DNA of 64,000 nucleotides, taken from positions 14,008 to 78,007 of the forward strand of contig CAYXRK010000001.1 of assembly GCA_964467615.1 (NCBI GenBank), in the 5' to 3' direction. The notes beneath the pieces are model-generated. The model saw only the letters and a program-made list of their open reading frames with translations. It searched no databases and was not told the origin of the DNA. Origin of the DNA: an uncultured Nitrospirales bacterium (lineage in GTDB: Bacteria; Hydrogenedentota; Hydrogenedentia; Hydrogenedentales; GCA-2746185). How positions within the stretch are numbered: position 1 is the first letter of the stretch; each line of letters opens with the position of its first letter. Of the stretch, positions 51,165 through 60,618 are shown piece after piece. A program made the translations under genes and the position numbers.

Positions 51165-51519
51165 TTTCCCCTCCATGTTCCCAGAACGCGTGGGCTTTAA
51201 TACAGCAATGTTCACTTTGCCTCGTGGTACGCGAGCCGCTTCCGCGCGCTGCCTTTGATCGCTTCAACGGCATGCTTGCCGTCCGTCACTTCCCGCTGGT
51301 TCCACTGGAACCCATTGCCGAAGCGTGATATGCGATCCGTGCATGACCGTCCCTACGGCGACGGTGAACTACTTGCAGCATACATTACACTGAATAAGAC
51401 CGTCTCGCACCTTCAAGGACTTGACGATAATTCGCGTGCTTTTTGTGCCGTGGCAATGCGTCACGAAAACTCGAAGTCTCGCCGAGTTCGAAGACCCGGC
51501 CACGATTTCGATCTCGACT

Positions 51520-52116
51520 TTACGTCGCCGAAGCGTCGAGCAATGGATCGACCGTCATGACCAACTCTTCGAGCGTTACTTCTCCGAGCCAGGACGTTAT
51601 AAGTTTGCCCGCTTTGTCGAAAAGAAACGTCTCGGGCAACGCGCCGCTCACTTCCGCCCCCACCGCCGCGCTGAGTTGGTCGGGCATGACGCCTTCCATG
51701 ACGAGCACGTTGTATAGGACGTCGTATTTGTCGATAAAAGGGACCACTTTGTCCGCCAGCGTCGCGGGGTCATCGGCCGAAATGCTGACGAACCGTACGC
51801 CCCTGTCCTTGTATTCGCTGTAGAAGGTGTTGAGGGCCGGCGTTTCCTTTACGCACGGCGGGCACCACGTCGCCCAGAAATTAACAACGGCGACACCCCC
51901 GGCCTTGGCGTCCTTAATCGTCTTAGCGATCAGTTCCGCGTTAGCGATGCTGGCGCCGCCCTTCGGCGCGACCGCGATAGCTAGAGCCGGAGCGGCAACC
52001 GACATCGCTCCATTTGTCGGTCCCGACTCCGCGGGTCCGCTGCATCCGTAGCCGAAGAAGGTGACTAGAAGAGCGGCGGCGCGGACGGTTCCGCGCCGCG
52101 AGTTAATAAGGTTCAT
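51520..52116 (-). CDS. TlpA/ResA-like thiol:disulfide oxidoreductase (WCPPC), lipoprotein
   Basis: FWATWCPPC thioredoxin motif. Signal peptide with a Cys near the cleavage site. Confidence 0.8.
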   Translation of the reverse strand: MNLINSRRGTVRAAALLVTFFGYGCSGPAESGPTNGAMSVAAPALAIAVAPKGGASIANAELIAKTIKDAKAGGVAVVNFWATWCPPCVKETPALNTFYSEYKDRGVRFVSISADDPATLADKVVPFIDKYDVLYNVLVMEGVMPDQLSAAVGAEVSGALPETFLFDKAGKLITSWLGEVTLEELVMTVDPLLDASAT

Positions 52117-52147
52117 CTCTTAGGTCCGTCTTGTCGGCGGCAGCGAG

Positions 52148-52756
52148 CTATTTCGAGGCCCGCTTGATCGTGCAGCCCCAGGCGCTCACTTCGGGTGTCG
52201 AAACCGCTTTGCCTCCAAGCAGATTGTCGATTGCCGCCGCCGCATAGGGTGTGTCGCCGTCTTTCTCGGGCACCGTGCGGTTGTCGAACGCGCCGTGAAA
52301 CGCGAGCTTGCCTTCCGCGTCAACGATGTAAAACTCCGGCGTGCGCGAAGCGCCCACCGCGTCCGCGAAAGTGTTGTTTACGTCCTTGAGAATCGGGTAT
52401 TCGAACCCGCCCTTCTCGACGTACGCGGAGACATCTTCGACGGAGTTTCCAGCGTCCGAATCCACTCCGAAAATTAGCGCCTTGCCGCCGTAGGCGTCCG
52501 CCAACTTGTCGATTCCGGGGTCCGCGCCGCGCGACCAGGGGCAATTTTTCGACACGAACGCCAGCGCCACCACCTTGCCCTTATAGTCGCTGAGCTTGTG
52601 CGTCTTGCCTGTCAGGTCCTTCATGTCGAAGTCCGGCATCGATTCACCAATAGCGGGCGCCTTGCCCGCGTAGGCCGGGGAGCCGTACATCAACGCCACG
52701 GCGAAGGCCACCATCGCCGCCAATACCACACCAACAATCGCCTTTTTCATACGCAC
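52148..52756 (-). CDS. redoxin/thioredoxin-fold family protein (single-Cys KNCPWS), secreted
   Basis: Signal peptide. Thioredoxin-like fold pattern with one active-site Cys. Confidence 0.6.
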   Translation of the reverse strand: MRMKKAIVGVVLAAMVAFAVALMYGSPAYAGKAPAIGESMPDFDMKDLTGKTHKLSDYKGKVVALAFVSKNCPWSRGADPGIDKLADAYGGKALIFGVDSDAGNSVEDVSAYVEKGGFEYPILKDVNNTFADAVGASRTPEFYIVDAEGKLAFHGAFDNRTVPEKDGDTPYAAAAIDNLLGGKAVSTPEVSAWGCTIKRASK

Positions 52757-52938
52757 GTCTCCTTCTGTTGTGATTCACGCTAGTGTAACACCAAACGCAA
52801 CACGCGAGGGCAGGGAACACAGCCCGCATCGCGGATTGACGGATAACCGCGCGTTTTTCGCATCTTTCGTAATAGATTGAGATCGCCTATACGAGCAAGA
52901 ATGGTCTATAAAAGCTGGCGAAATTATGAATCACTACA

Positions 52939-54339
52939 TTAGAGAATCGGCGAAATCATCCGGACAATACTGTGACCAACCTCCTGGAACGTATTTACTT
53001 GTTCGAGTCCTTCGGCCGATTCTCCGATCAATCGCTCGGCCCACCGGTTCAACACTTCGATTTCGTCGTGGCTGTGGATCAGTACGGCGACTTCGTAATT
53101 CAGCAATAGGCTGCGCATGTCCATGTTGGCGGAGGCGACCACGGCCAAATCATGGTCGAGAAGCAAGGCTTTGGCGTGCATCATCGGCCCGCCGTGCAGA
53201 AAGATGCGGCCGCCGGCATGTTGAAGATCGCGGAGATACGAAAGCCGCGCAAGATCAGCCGTCCAATGGTTCGACTTGCGCGGGACGATGATGCGCACGT
53301 CGACGCCGCGATGCGCCGCGAGTTCGAGGGATTTGGAGAGCGCCTCATCCGGAACGAAATACGGGGTGACCACCCATAGCCGCTCCTGTGCGTTGAAGGC
53401 AGCGGTCATCACTCCGTCGTAAATCGGGTCGCCGTCGGTGTCGGGACCGGAGGGCACTACCTGAAGCACGGCGTCGCCGCGCGCGCCATGGTCCACGACA
53501 ACGCGACGGAACGGTTCGCCGTTGGCGAATTCCCAATCGGACTTGAAGATGTATTCGAAATGATCCACCGCGGGCCCCTCGATCACAACCGCGAGATCTT
53601 CCCAGAGACCTTTGGTCGGGCGCGGCCCCATGTATTCCGCGCCGATGTTGAACCCGCCGGTCATGACGATGAGTCCGTCAACGATCATGATCTTCCGGTG
53701 GTTGCGAAGGTTCGTTCGCCCGTGCCACGGAATCCGCATCAACGGCATGAAAAATGAAACTCGCCCACCGGCCTCGATTAGCCCGCGCAGATGGGAACGG
53801 CGCACCCACATGGAGCCGAAGCTATCGATCAACACCCGCACCTCGACGCCATCGCGCGCCTTGGCCGCGAGCCGCTCGACGATGTCGCGCCCGACCGCGT
53901 CGGGCCGGAAAACGTAAGTCGCGATCTCGATGGATTCCTTGGCGGACGCGATGAGTCCAACGAATTTGGCATAGGTGTCTTCGCCGTTCGAAATGACGTC
54001 GAGCTTGTTTCCGCGCGTTGCTCCGGGCAAGTCGTATTTCCGCATCAGGCGGTCAATCCCGCTCGCGTCGTCAAGTGGGACGACAGATCCGCCGGCCAGC
54101 CGTAGAAGGTTCTTTTCGGCGGCGCGGCGGCGCATTTTTCTTCCGCTCAGCAGAAGATACAGGGGGACGCCGATTTCGGGCAGAAACAATATCGCCAACA
54201 CCCATGCGATCGTACCCGAGGGGGAGCGCCGCTGGCGCAGCATGTGCGCGATGGCCGCCATGCCAAAGATAAAGCCGACGATCAGGCCGAGATGCGAAAC
54301 GATCCACGTAAGCTGTACGTTGCGTGCGGGAACGTCCAT
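52939..54339 (-). CDS. cls: cardiolipin synthase (phospholipase D family)
   Basis: Two HKD motifs (HRKIMIVDG, HAKALLLD...DLAVVASANMD) and N-terminal TM helices. Confidence 0.85.
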   Translation of the reverse strand: MDVPARNVQLTWIVSHLGLIVGFIFGMAAIAHMLRQRRSPSGTIAWVLAILFLPEIGVPLYLLLSGRKMRRRAAEKNLLRLAGGSVVPLDDASGIDRLMRKYDLPGATRGNKLDVISNGEDTYAKFVGLIASAKESIEIATYVFRPDAVGRDIVERLAAKARDGVEVRVLIDSFGSMWVRRSHLRGLIEAGGRVSFFMPLMRIPWHGRTNLRNHRKIMIVDGLIVMTGGFNIGAEYMGPRPTKGLWEDLAVVIEGPAVDHFEYIFKSDWEFANGEPFRRVVVDHGARGDAVLQVVPSGPDTDGDPIYDGVMTAAFNAQERLWVVTPYFVPDEALSKSLELAAHRGVDVRIIVPRKSNHWTADLARLSYLRDLQHAGGRIFLHGGPMMHAKALLLDHDLAVVASANMDMRSLLLNYEVAVLIHSHDEIEVLNRWAERLIGESAEGLEQVNTFQEVGHSIVRMISPIL

Positions 54340-54436
54340 AGCTGATTTACTCTCCGGCGCAGGCCCTGTAAGATTGGCGGCGCGACCCGCGTAAGCCTTT
54401 CATGGGCACATCGACCGGCGCAACTCGGAATCGGCC

Positions 54437-55507
54437 TTGAGACCCTCGATTAGAACACTCCTCACCGGGTTCGCGTTTCTAGGCGGCACGATCGCGGTTT
54501 CGGTGCTCGGGTACATGCTGCTGGCCGAGGCGAGTTTTCTCGACGCGCTTTTTATGGTGATGATCACCGTGTTTAGCGTCGGGTATGAAGACGTGATTGG
54601 CCTCGACACGCCGGCCCTCAAGGTCTTTACGTTGTTTGTTATCGTCGCGGGATGCGGTTCGTTTGTCTACGCGGTAGGAGGATTTGCGCAAATGGTCATG
54701 GAAGGCGAGATCACGCGGGCGCTCGGCGCGCGCAGGCAGATTCGATCCATCGACGCTCTTCGGGACCACGCGATCGTTTGCGGGTATGGGCGCGTCGGGC
54801 AAATCTTGGCGGCGGAACTGTTGCAAGCGGACTATCCGTTCGTCGTCATCGACGATTCCGAAGAGCGCGCGCAGCAGGCGGGCGCGCGGGGGATACTGGC
54901 CATTACCGGCGACGCCACCGACGAGGGCGTGTTACAGTCCGCCCATATCGAGCGGGCGCGATCGCTGGCAACTGTCTTGCCCGACGACGCCTCGAATGTA
55001 TTCATCACCCTGAGCGCCCGGAACCTGAACCCGAAGCTTAGGATTTTCGCGCGGGGGGAACTGCCCTCGACCGAAGGTAAGCTTACGAAAGCGGGCGCAA
55101 ACCACGTTGTCCTCCCGGCGGCCATCGGCGCGCTGCGCTTGGCGCACATGATTGTGCGGCCTTCCGCTTCGCATCTCATCGACACGCTCGAGAACGCGAC
55201 CATGATCAACGACGACCTCGAATTGCTCGGCGTGCGGCTGAGCGAGATCGAGGTGCCCGCGGGATCTCCTCATGAGAACAAAACCGTCGGCGAACTCGAA
55301 ATTGCTGGCGAAGGCGCGTACCTAATCGTGGCGTTGCGGCGCAGGAACGGAGAAGTCATTCGCAGGCCCCTCGCCGGCGCGGTCGTCGAAGGCGGTGACA
55401 TTGTGATCGTCATCGGCCACGGAGAAGACGACCCGCGATTTGTGTTGGCGAAATCCGGGGCACGCTTGCTCGTCCCGAGCGATCCGCCGCGCGAAACGGC
55501 GGGCTGA
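54437..55507 (+). CDS. K+ channel-like protein with RCK (TrkA-N/TrkA-C) domains; non-canonical filter SVGYED
   Basis: Two TM helices flanking a pore loop (TVFSVGYEDV). Rossmann RCK domain (IVCGYGRVGQ). TrkA-C at the C-terminus. TTG start in the ORF track, so the start is uncertain. Confidence 0.6.
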   Translation: MRPSIRTLLTGFAFLGGTIAVSVLGYMLLAEASFLDALFMVMITVFSVGYEDVIGLDTPALKVFTLFVIVAGCGSFVYAVGGFAQMVMEGEITRALGARRQIRSIDALRDHAIVCGYGRVGQILAAELLQADYPFVVIDDSEERAQQAGARGILAITGDATDEGVLQSAHIERARSLATVLPDDASNVFITLSARNLNPKLRIFARGELPSTEGKLTKAGANHVVLPAAIGALRLAHMIVRPSASHLIDTLENATMINDDLELLGVRLSEIEVPAGSPHENKTVGELEIAGEGAYLIVALRRRNGEVIRRPLAGAVVEGGDIVIVIGHGEDDPRFVLAKSGARLLVPSDPPRETAG

Positions 55508-55513
55508 AACGCG

Positions 55514-56248
55514 ATGACGTTGTATGTGGTGGGCGCGCTCGGCGCGTTCGCGGGCGGATTCGTGCAGGGGTGCGTGGGGTTCGGCATGGCGATTATTCTC
55601 ACGCCGCTCATGATGCTCGTCGCGCCGCAGGAATACGTCATTCCCATGGTCGTGATCATCGGCTTCACGAACGTGGTCCTTCTTACGTGGCGGCTGTACC
55701 GAAACGCCAGCCGCGAAATTCTCGTGCGGCTCGTGCTCGGGGCGGCGATCGGGATTCCACTCGGGGTGCAAGTCTTGGCCGCATTTAGCGGGCCGGGGTT
55801 TCGCGTGGCCCTCGGTTTGTTCATGGTCGTGTTCGCCGCTGTGATGTTTTCCGGCTGGACGCGCCCCCTCCGCAACCAGCGCGCGGCCCTCCTTTGGGTA
55901 GGTCTGGCGAGCGGATTTCTGGGCGGCAGTACGTCCATCTCGGAGCCGCCCTTAGTCATTTTCCTGTCCAATCAGCGGGTCTCGAAGGAGGTGTTCCGCG
56001 CCACGATGGTCTGTTATTTCGCCTTGACGGGCGTTATCGGCCTCGCCTCGTTCGCCTGGAAGGGGCTCATCACCGCGCCGGTCGTCACAAATGCCGCCGC
56101 CTGCCTGCCGCTGATGCTCTTGGGCACGTACTTCGGGATGCGCCTCGCCACACGCGTCTCCGAGGAACACTTCCGCCGCGCCTCGATGGCCGCCGCCGGC
56201 ATCATGGGCGCGGTGCTCACGGCGAACAACCTGCCCGGTTTGTTTTGA
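55514..56248 (+). CDS. sulfite exporter TauE/SafE family membrane protein
   Basis: DUF81/TauE duplicated 4-TM repeats. Confidence 0.7.
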   Translation: MTLYVVGALGAFAGGFVQGCVGFGMAIILTPLMMLVAPQEYVIPMVVIIGFTNVVLLTWRLYRNASREILVRLVLGAAIGIPLGVQVLAAFSGPGFRVALGLFMVVFAAVMFSGWTRPLRNQRAALLWVGLASGFLGGSTSISEPPLVIFLSNQRVSKEVFRATMVCYFALTGVIGLASFAWKGLITAPVVTNAAACLPLMLLGTYFGMRLATRVSEEHFRRASMAAAGIMGAVLTANNLPGLF

Positions 56249-56290
56249 TGCGGCTTCGGCGCCCGAGAATCGGGACACCCATTTTGCTCA

Positions 56291-56318
56291 TTGCTTTTTA
56301 ACTCGGTGCGAGTAAAAT
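56291..56318 (+). promoter_or_regulatory. sigma-70-like promoter candidate (TTGCTT-16-TAAAAT) upstream of the parA-like gene
   Basis: Hexamers and spacing read directly. Sits 33 nt upstream of the ATG. Confidence 0.35.
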
Positions 56319-56350
56319 AGGGCGGGGACCACGGGAGGGCGCTCAGACCG

Positions 56351-57223
56351 ATGTCCATCGTATTGATGCTCAACTTGAAGGGCGGCGTCGCGAAGACGAC
56401 CAATTGCGTCGCCGTCGCCGAGGCCATGGCGGACTCCGGTCACAAGGTCCTCGTTATCGACGCGGACCACCAATGCATGGCGAGCGAACTGCTTATCGGC
56501 GAGGAGAAGTTGCTCCGCTGCGAGGTGCGCAAGAAGACGCTGCACGACATGCTCGGCGCGATGATGGACGACGAGTTTACCGAAGCCAACATTCCGCCGT
56601 ACATCGTCGAGCAAGTATCGAACATCGGCGGAGGGTACCCGAACCTTCACTTGCTGCCGTGCTCGATTCGCATCGACGAATTCCAGACGAACATGGCCAA
56701 GGCCCGCCGGGGCTTCAATACGGTCGACGAATATCGCCAGGAATTGCAGCGAAAACGGGGCGTGTTGCAGCGGTTTTTGAAGAGCAACTACGATTCCGTA
56801 CTGATCGATTGCCCGCCGAGTTTGGCCATGCAAGTCGTGGAGTTTCTCCTCATCGGCGACGCGTTCATCATCCCTTCGGTGCCGGACCGTCTTTCCGTGC
56901 GCGGATCGATTTGGCTGCTCGAGCGACTGCGCCGCCGCAACATCTCGCGCATTCAGCCGCTTGGCACGCTGTGGTCCCTCTACCGCACCCAGGCCGCGAT
57001 TCACAATCACATCATCGATCAGGCCGAGAAGGGCATCGAACCGCTCGACATCCTCCCGCGGCCTTTCCGGACGATCATCCCCAATGCGGCGCGCATCGCC
57101 GAATCAACCGAACCCGATCGGCACCCGCATACCTTCTCGTCCAAGTACTCGCCGTTCTTCGCGCAACGCTATAAACACCTCGCGAGAGAAATCCGCACGC
57201 GCCTTACGCGCATGGGGGTCTAG
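56351..57223 (+). CDS. ParA/MinD-family ATPase (orphan ParA-like)
   Basis: Deviant Walker A KGGVAKTT. Walker B VLIDCPP. Confidence 0.8.
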   Translation: MSIVLMLNLKGGVAKTTNCVAVAEAMADSGHKVLVIDADHQCMASELLIGEEKLLRCEVRKKTLHDMLGAMMDDEFTEANIPPYIVEQVSNIGGGYPNLHLLPCSIRIDEFQTNMAKARRGFNTVDEYRQELQRKRGVLQRFLKSNYDSVLIDCPPSLAMQVVEFLLIGDAFIIPSVPDRLSVRGSIWLLERLRRRNISRIQPLGTLWSLYRTQAAIHNHIIDQAEKGIEPLDILPRPFRTIIPNAARIAESTEPDRHPHTFSSKYSPFFAQRYKHLAREIRTRLTRMGV

Positions 57224-57403
57224 CCCGCATACCTCACCACCATTCTACCGCGGAAGCGGATATGGCCGTTCTCTCGAAACTTTTCGCCTCGGATCGAACT
57301 CGACGTGTATCTACATGCTGTCGTCCGATCCGAACCGAAGAAGTTCCGATATACCAACCATCTCCACTTCCTCGCTACGAATGCTGGTGAGATATGCGGG
57401 CTA
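57221..57403. mobile_element. 183-bp MITE-like palindromic element, copy 2 (inverted relative to copy 1); uses the parA TAG as its first three bases
   Basis: Reverse complement is about 93% identical to 9965..10147. Terminal inverted repeats TAGCCCGCATA(C/T)CTCACCA. Confidence 0.7.
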
Positions 57404-57464
57404 GCGCCGCGCGTGAATGCAGGGGCGCGAATGTCTTGCATCGGCCAGTAACGGGGATCCGGAT

Positions 57465-58928
57465 ATGGAGGCGAAGAAGGTGATGTCAGCGCGAGTTGGA
57501 ATTCTCACCGCGACGGTTGTTGCAGTCGCGTTGGCGGGTTGCTCGGGGCCGGCGGAAAAGACAACTCAAGCGCTCGTAGCCGCAGGCGCCGAAGCAAATT
57601 TTCTGCTCCCGCCCGGTTCCCCGCCTCACGTCGTGTTCATTAGCCTGGATACGGCGCGGCCCGACTATCTCGGACTCTACGGCCACCCATGGGTCAAGAC
57701 GCCCAATCTTGACGAACTCGCGGCGGAGTCTGTCGTTTTCGAGGACGCAATGACCCCAGCGCCGACGACGCTGGCCGCGCATACGGCGATGATGACGAGC
57801 ACCTATCCTCACACGCACGGCGTGCCGCGAAACGGCTTCGTTGTTAGCGACGAAAACGTGACGCTCGCCGAAATCTTGAGGGCCGCCGGATACAGCACCG
57901 CGGCAATCGTTGGCGCGTTTCCGCTGTTACACCGTTTCGAGCTGGACCAGGGATTCGATCTCTACGACGACAAGTCCGCTCATGGCGACTTTTGGCAGCG
58001 GACCGCCGAAGAGGTGACCGATGCCACGCTGCGTTATGTTGCGCAGCGTGGACCAGGTGGACCGCTGTTCCTCTTCGTGCACTATTTCGACGCGCACGCA
58101 CCCTACTCCCCTGGCAAAGTGTGGTTTAATCCATACCGCGAACAGCCCGTGGAAGACCCTGGTCATCCCATCACTCCCGATTGGATGGAGGTCATGACCG
58201 GTAAGAAATCCATGGGCGCGCGCAAATACCTGGTGCAGCGCTACGCCGCCGAGATTACCTACCTCGATCACCACCTGGGACGATTGCTCGAAGGCCTCCG
58301 CCAAGCCGGGATCGTGGACAACGCGATCATTATCGTAACCAGCGATCACGGCGAGTCGCTGTGGGACAACGGGCCGTGGTTCGATCACGGGCAGAACACG
58401 GTCCAATCGGTCATCCACGCGGTCGGCATCCTTCGGCTTCCCGGCGCCCGGCACGGAGGCACGCGCGTCGGTGTGCCGGTTTCGACATTGGATTGGATGC
58501 CGACGGTGTTGGCCTATGCGGGAATCACCGCGCCGCCGGGTATCGATGGCCGCGCGATCGATCTCAACGGCGACGCGCCTCGCGTCGGGCCCCGCGACTT
58601 ATTCTGCGAGGCGACGAAACCCTTCACGGTCGAGCGCGAGGGGGAATGGTACAACGCGCAAAAGGAGCGGTGCATTCGTTCGGAGAACTACAAGTTCGTT
58701 TACTCACCGTATGCAAACACGCGGGCCCTGTTTAACGTCGCTGATGATCCTTACGATCACAAGAACTTGCTCGACGCGCCGACTCCGGAGATCGAAAAGC
58801 TCGCCGCCGAGTTGGAGGCAAAGCTCGCGGCATGGCACGCGAGCGCCGCGCCGAAGTCCAGCGCGTTCGACCAGGAGAACGAACAAGAAACCCGCGATCA
58901 ACTCGAGGCGCTCGGCTACGTGAATTGA
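57465..58928 (+). CDS. sulfatase-like (alkaline phosphatase superfamily) lipoprotein lacking the C/S-x-P-x-R FGly motif
   Basis: Lipobox VALAGC. Sulfatase-family N-domain (VVFISLDTARPDYLG), but TPAPTT occupies the position of CxPSR. Confidence 0.65.
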   Translation: MEAKKVMSARVGILTATVVAVALAGCSGPAEKTTQALVAAGAEANFLLPPGSPPHVVFISLDTARPDYLGLYGHPWVKTPNLDELAAESVVFEDAMTPAPTTLAAHTAMMTSTYPHTHGVPRNGFVVSDENVTLAEILRAAGYSTAAIVGAFPLLHRFELDQGFDLYDDKSAHGDFWQRTAEEVTDATLRYVAQRGPGGPLFLFVHYFDAHAPYSPGKVWFNPYREQPVEDPGHPITPDWMEVMTGKKSMGARKYLVQRYAAEITYLDHHLGRLLEGLRQAGIVDNAIIIVTSDHGESLWDNGPWFDHGQNTVQSVIHAVGILRLPGARHGGTRVGVPVSTLDWMPTVLAYAGITAPPGIDGRAIDLNGDAPRVGPRDLFCEATKPFTVEREGEWYNAQKERCIRSENYKFVYSPYANTRALFNVADDPYDHKNLLDAPTPEIEKLAAELEAKLAAWHASAAPKSSAFDQENEQETRDQLEALGYVN

Positions 58929-59003
58929 CGGCGCACTACGAGGTGCGATGAGATTGTGTCCTTGCGGGAGATTCGCACGCGGCTCACGCGCATGGGCGTG
59001 TGA
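58929..59003 (+). pseudogene. duplicated 3' end of the parA-like gene (encodes ...SLREIRTRLTRMGV*), in frame directly after the sulfatase-like stop
   Basis: The 12 C-terminal codons are identical in protein to the ParA-like C-terminus (REIRTRLTRMGV). About 80% nucleotide identity, with synonymous differences. No start codon. Confidence 0.5.
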
Positions 59004-59014
59004 CTCTGCACTCC

Positions 59015-59197
59015 CTAGATAATCCCGCGAGAGAGAACGAACATTACCATCGCGAAGAGGACGGCCAATAGGATCAGGCGTTTACGTTTACGTCGGCGTT
59101 CCCTTGCCGAGTCGAAAGCGTCTCCGGAAAAGAAAGTTGTCCAGAAAATTATTATCAGAGCAAACGGCGCAAAAAGTAGTAGCAGGTAGAAGAGCAT
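59015..59197 (-). CDS. small membrane protein (60 aa, 2 TM), hypothetical
   Basis: Hydrophobic ORF downstream of maf on the same strand. AT-richer. No Shine-Dalgarno verified. Confidence 0.3.
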   Translation of the reverse strand: MLFYLLLLFAPFALIIIFWTTFFSGDAFDSARERRRKRKRLILLAVLFAMVMFVLSRGII

Positions 59198-59247
59198 GAG
59201 GATCGAAATCTCGTTGCGTTTGGAATACGCCCTATTGCTCTATCGGT

Positions 59248-59859
59248 TCAAAGGAACCGTGCCCGCTCCGGCTCAATGTAATCGAATAAATCGTGCCCAA
59301 TCGTCCTGACTAGCGCATTCAACCTAACCATCGGCAGGCCGAGCACGTTTTGGTAGCAGCCGTTGTAGCGCGCGACAAGAAGGCTGCCGGGGCCGTCGAC
59401 GGTGTAGGCGCCGGCGCGATCTACGGGATTGACGGCGTTGACGAAGCAGTCGATCTCGGCCTCGGTCAACGCGCAGAACGTGACCTCGGTCGTCTCGTGA
59501 TCCGCCGCCGATTTCCCAGAATCGGTGTCGATGACCGCGACCCCCGTGATGACGCGGTGCGTTGCGCCCGAAAGCTGCCGGAGCATGGCGCGGGCGTCTT
59601 CGAGATCGCGCGGTTTGCCGAGGACGCAATCGCCGATCACCACGACGGTGTCCGCCGCGATGATGAGGGCGGGCGAATCGAGGGTCTTGGCGACGCCGTC
59701 GCGCTTGGCGACAGCGTTGCGCGTCGCGGCCTCAGCGGGATCGCCGCCGAGCGTTTCGTCCGCCGCGCTCGGGCGGACTTCGATGCGCATGCCGAGGGCC
59801 TCGAGCAACGCGCGGCGGCGGGGCGAGGCCGACGCGAGAACGATCGGGAGGCGGCCCAC
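59248..59859 (-). CDS. maf: Maf-like nucleoside triphosphate pyrophosphatase (septum formation protein Maf)
   Basis: LASASPRRRALL N-terminal motif and overall Maf-family alignment. Confidence 0.85.
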   Translation of the reverse strand: MGRLPIVLASASPRRRALLEALGMRIEVRPSAADETLGGDPAEAATRNAVAKRDGVAKTLDSPALIIAADTVVVIGDCVLGKPRDLEDARAMLRQLSGATHRVITGVAVIDTDSGKSAADHETTEVTFCALTEAEIDCFVNAVNPVDRAGAYTVDGPGSLLVARYNGCYQNVLGLPMVRLNALVRTIGHDLFDYIEPERARFL

Positions 59860-60548
59860 TATTCCTCCGCCGGGCCTTCGGGGAGCCTTTTCCCACGCGG
59901 CCCGACGGTCTCCACGAAGTCGTCATTCATCAGAATGTCAGTGCCTTCGGGAAGGTCGAGGCGGGTCTGCTCGACGGCGAGGCGGCCGTTAATGCGATAC
60001 TCGCCGATGGTAATGAGGACTTCCGATTCCGCGTCGTTGACGATCTGGATTTCGCGGGGGAGCATGTCTTTCTCGTCGATGCGCAGGATGATTTTCTCGA
60101 AATACTTTTCGTCGTCATTCTCGTTTTTTGGTGTGAGCTCAATCGCGCGCATGCCTTCGCTGGGATCGTCCACGACGACGTTGTACGCCTCGAGCAATCG
60201 GGCGGGGTCGTCTTCAAAACCGAGGAACAGGGCGGCGGTCTGAGGGTCGTCCTCGAGTTCGAACATCTGACACTGCTTGAGCTCGGGGTCGTAGTCGTAC
60301 ACGGTCAGGTTGTCGAGAAGAAAGACTTGGCCCGGGTCCTCGTATCGGAACGCGAGGCGGCGCGGCTTGCGAAACGCAATGACGCCCTTCGATTCCAGTT
60401 GCTCTTCGGGCGTGATCGTCAATTGCTTGAACGGCGCGGTGAGCGTGCGGATTTCTTGCCGGCGCTCGGCGAATTGCCGTAGAAAAGTCGCCGCGTCTTC
60501 CGTCCCAATCACCGGCAATAGCGCCGCAACTATCAAAACCAAACTCAT
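59859..60548 (-). CDS. LolA-like outer-membrane lipoprotein carrier protein
   Basis: Signal peptide. LolA-family pattern (FTQ-like FKQLTITPE ... FRYEDPGQVFLLD). Confidence 0.55.
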   Translation of the reverse strand: MSLVLIVAALLPVIGTEDAATFLRQFAERRQEIRTLTAPFKQLTITPEEQLESKGVIAFRKPRRLAFRYEDPGQVFLLDNLTVYDYDPELKQCQMFELEDDPQTAALFLGFEDDPARLLEAYNVVVDDPSEGMRAIELTPKNENDDEKYFEKIILRIDEKDMLPREIQIVNDAESEVLITIGEYRINGRLAVEQTRLDLPEGTDILMNDDFVETVGPRGKRLPEGPAEE

Positions 60549-60618
60549 ACTTTTGCCTTCCTCATACCTTCAATGCACGCCACGCCGTTCTTCATTGAAT
60601 TTTGCACGTTGAACCTTT

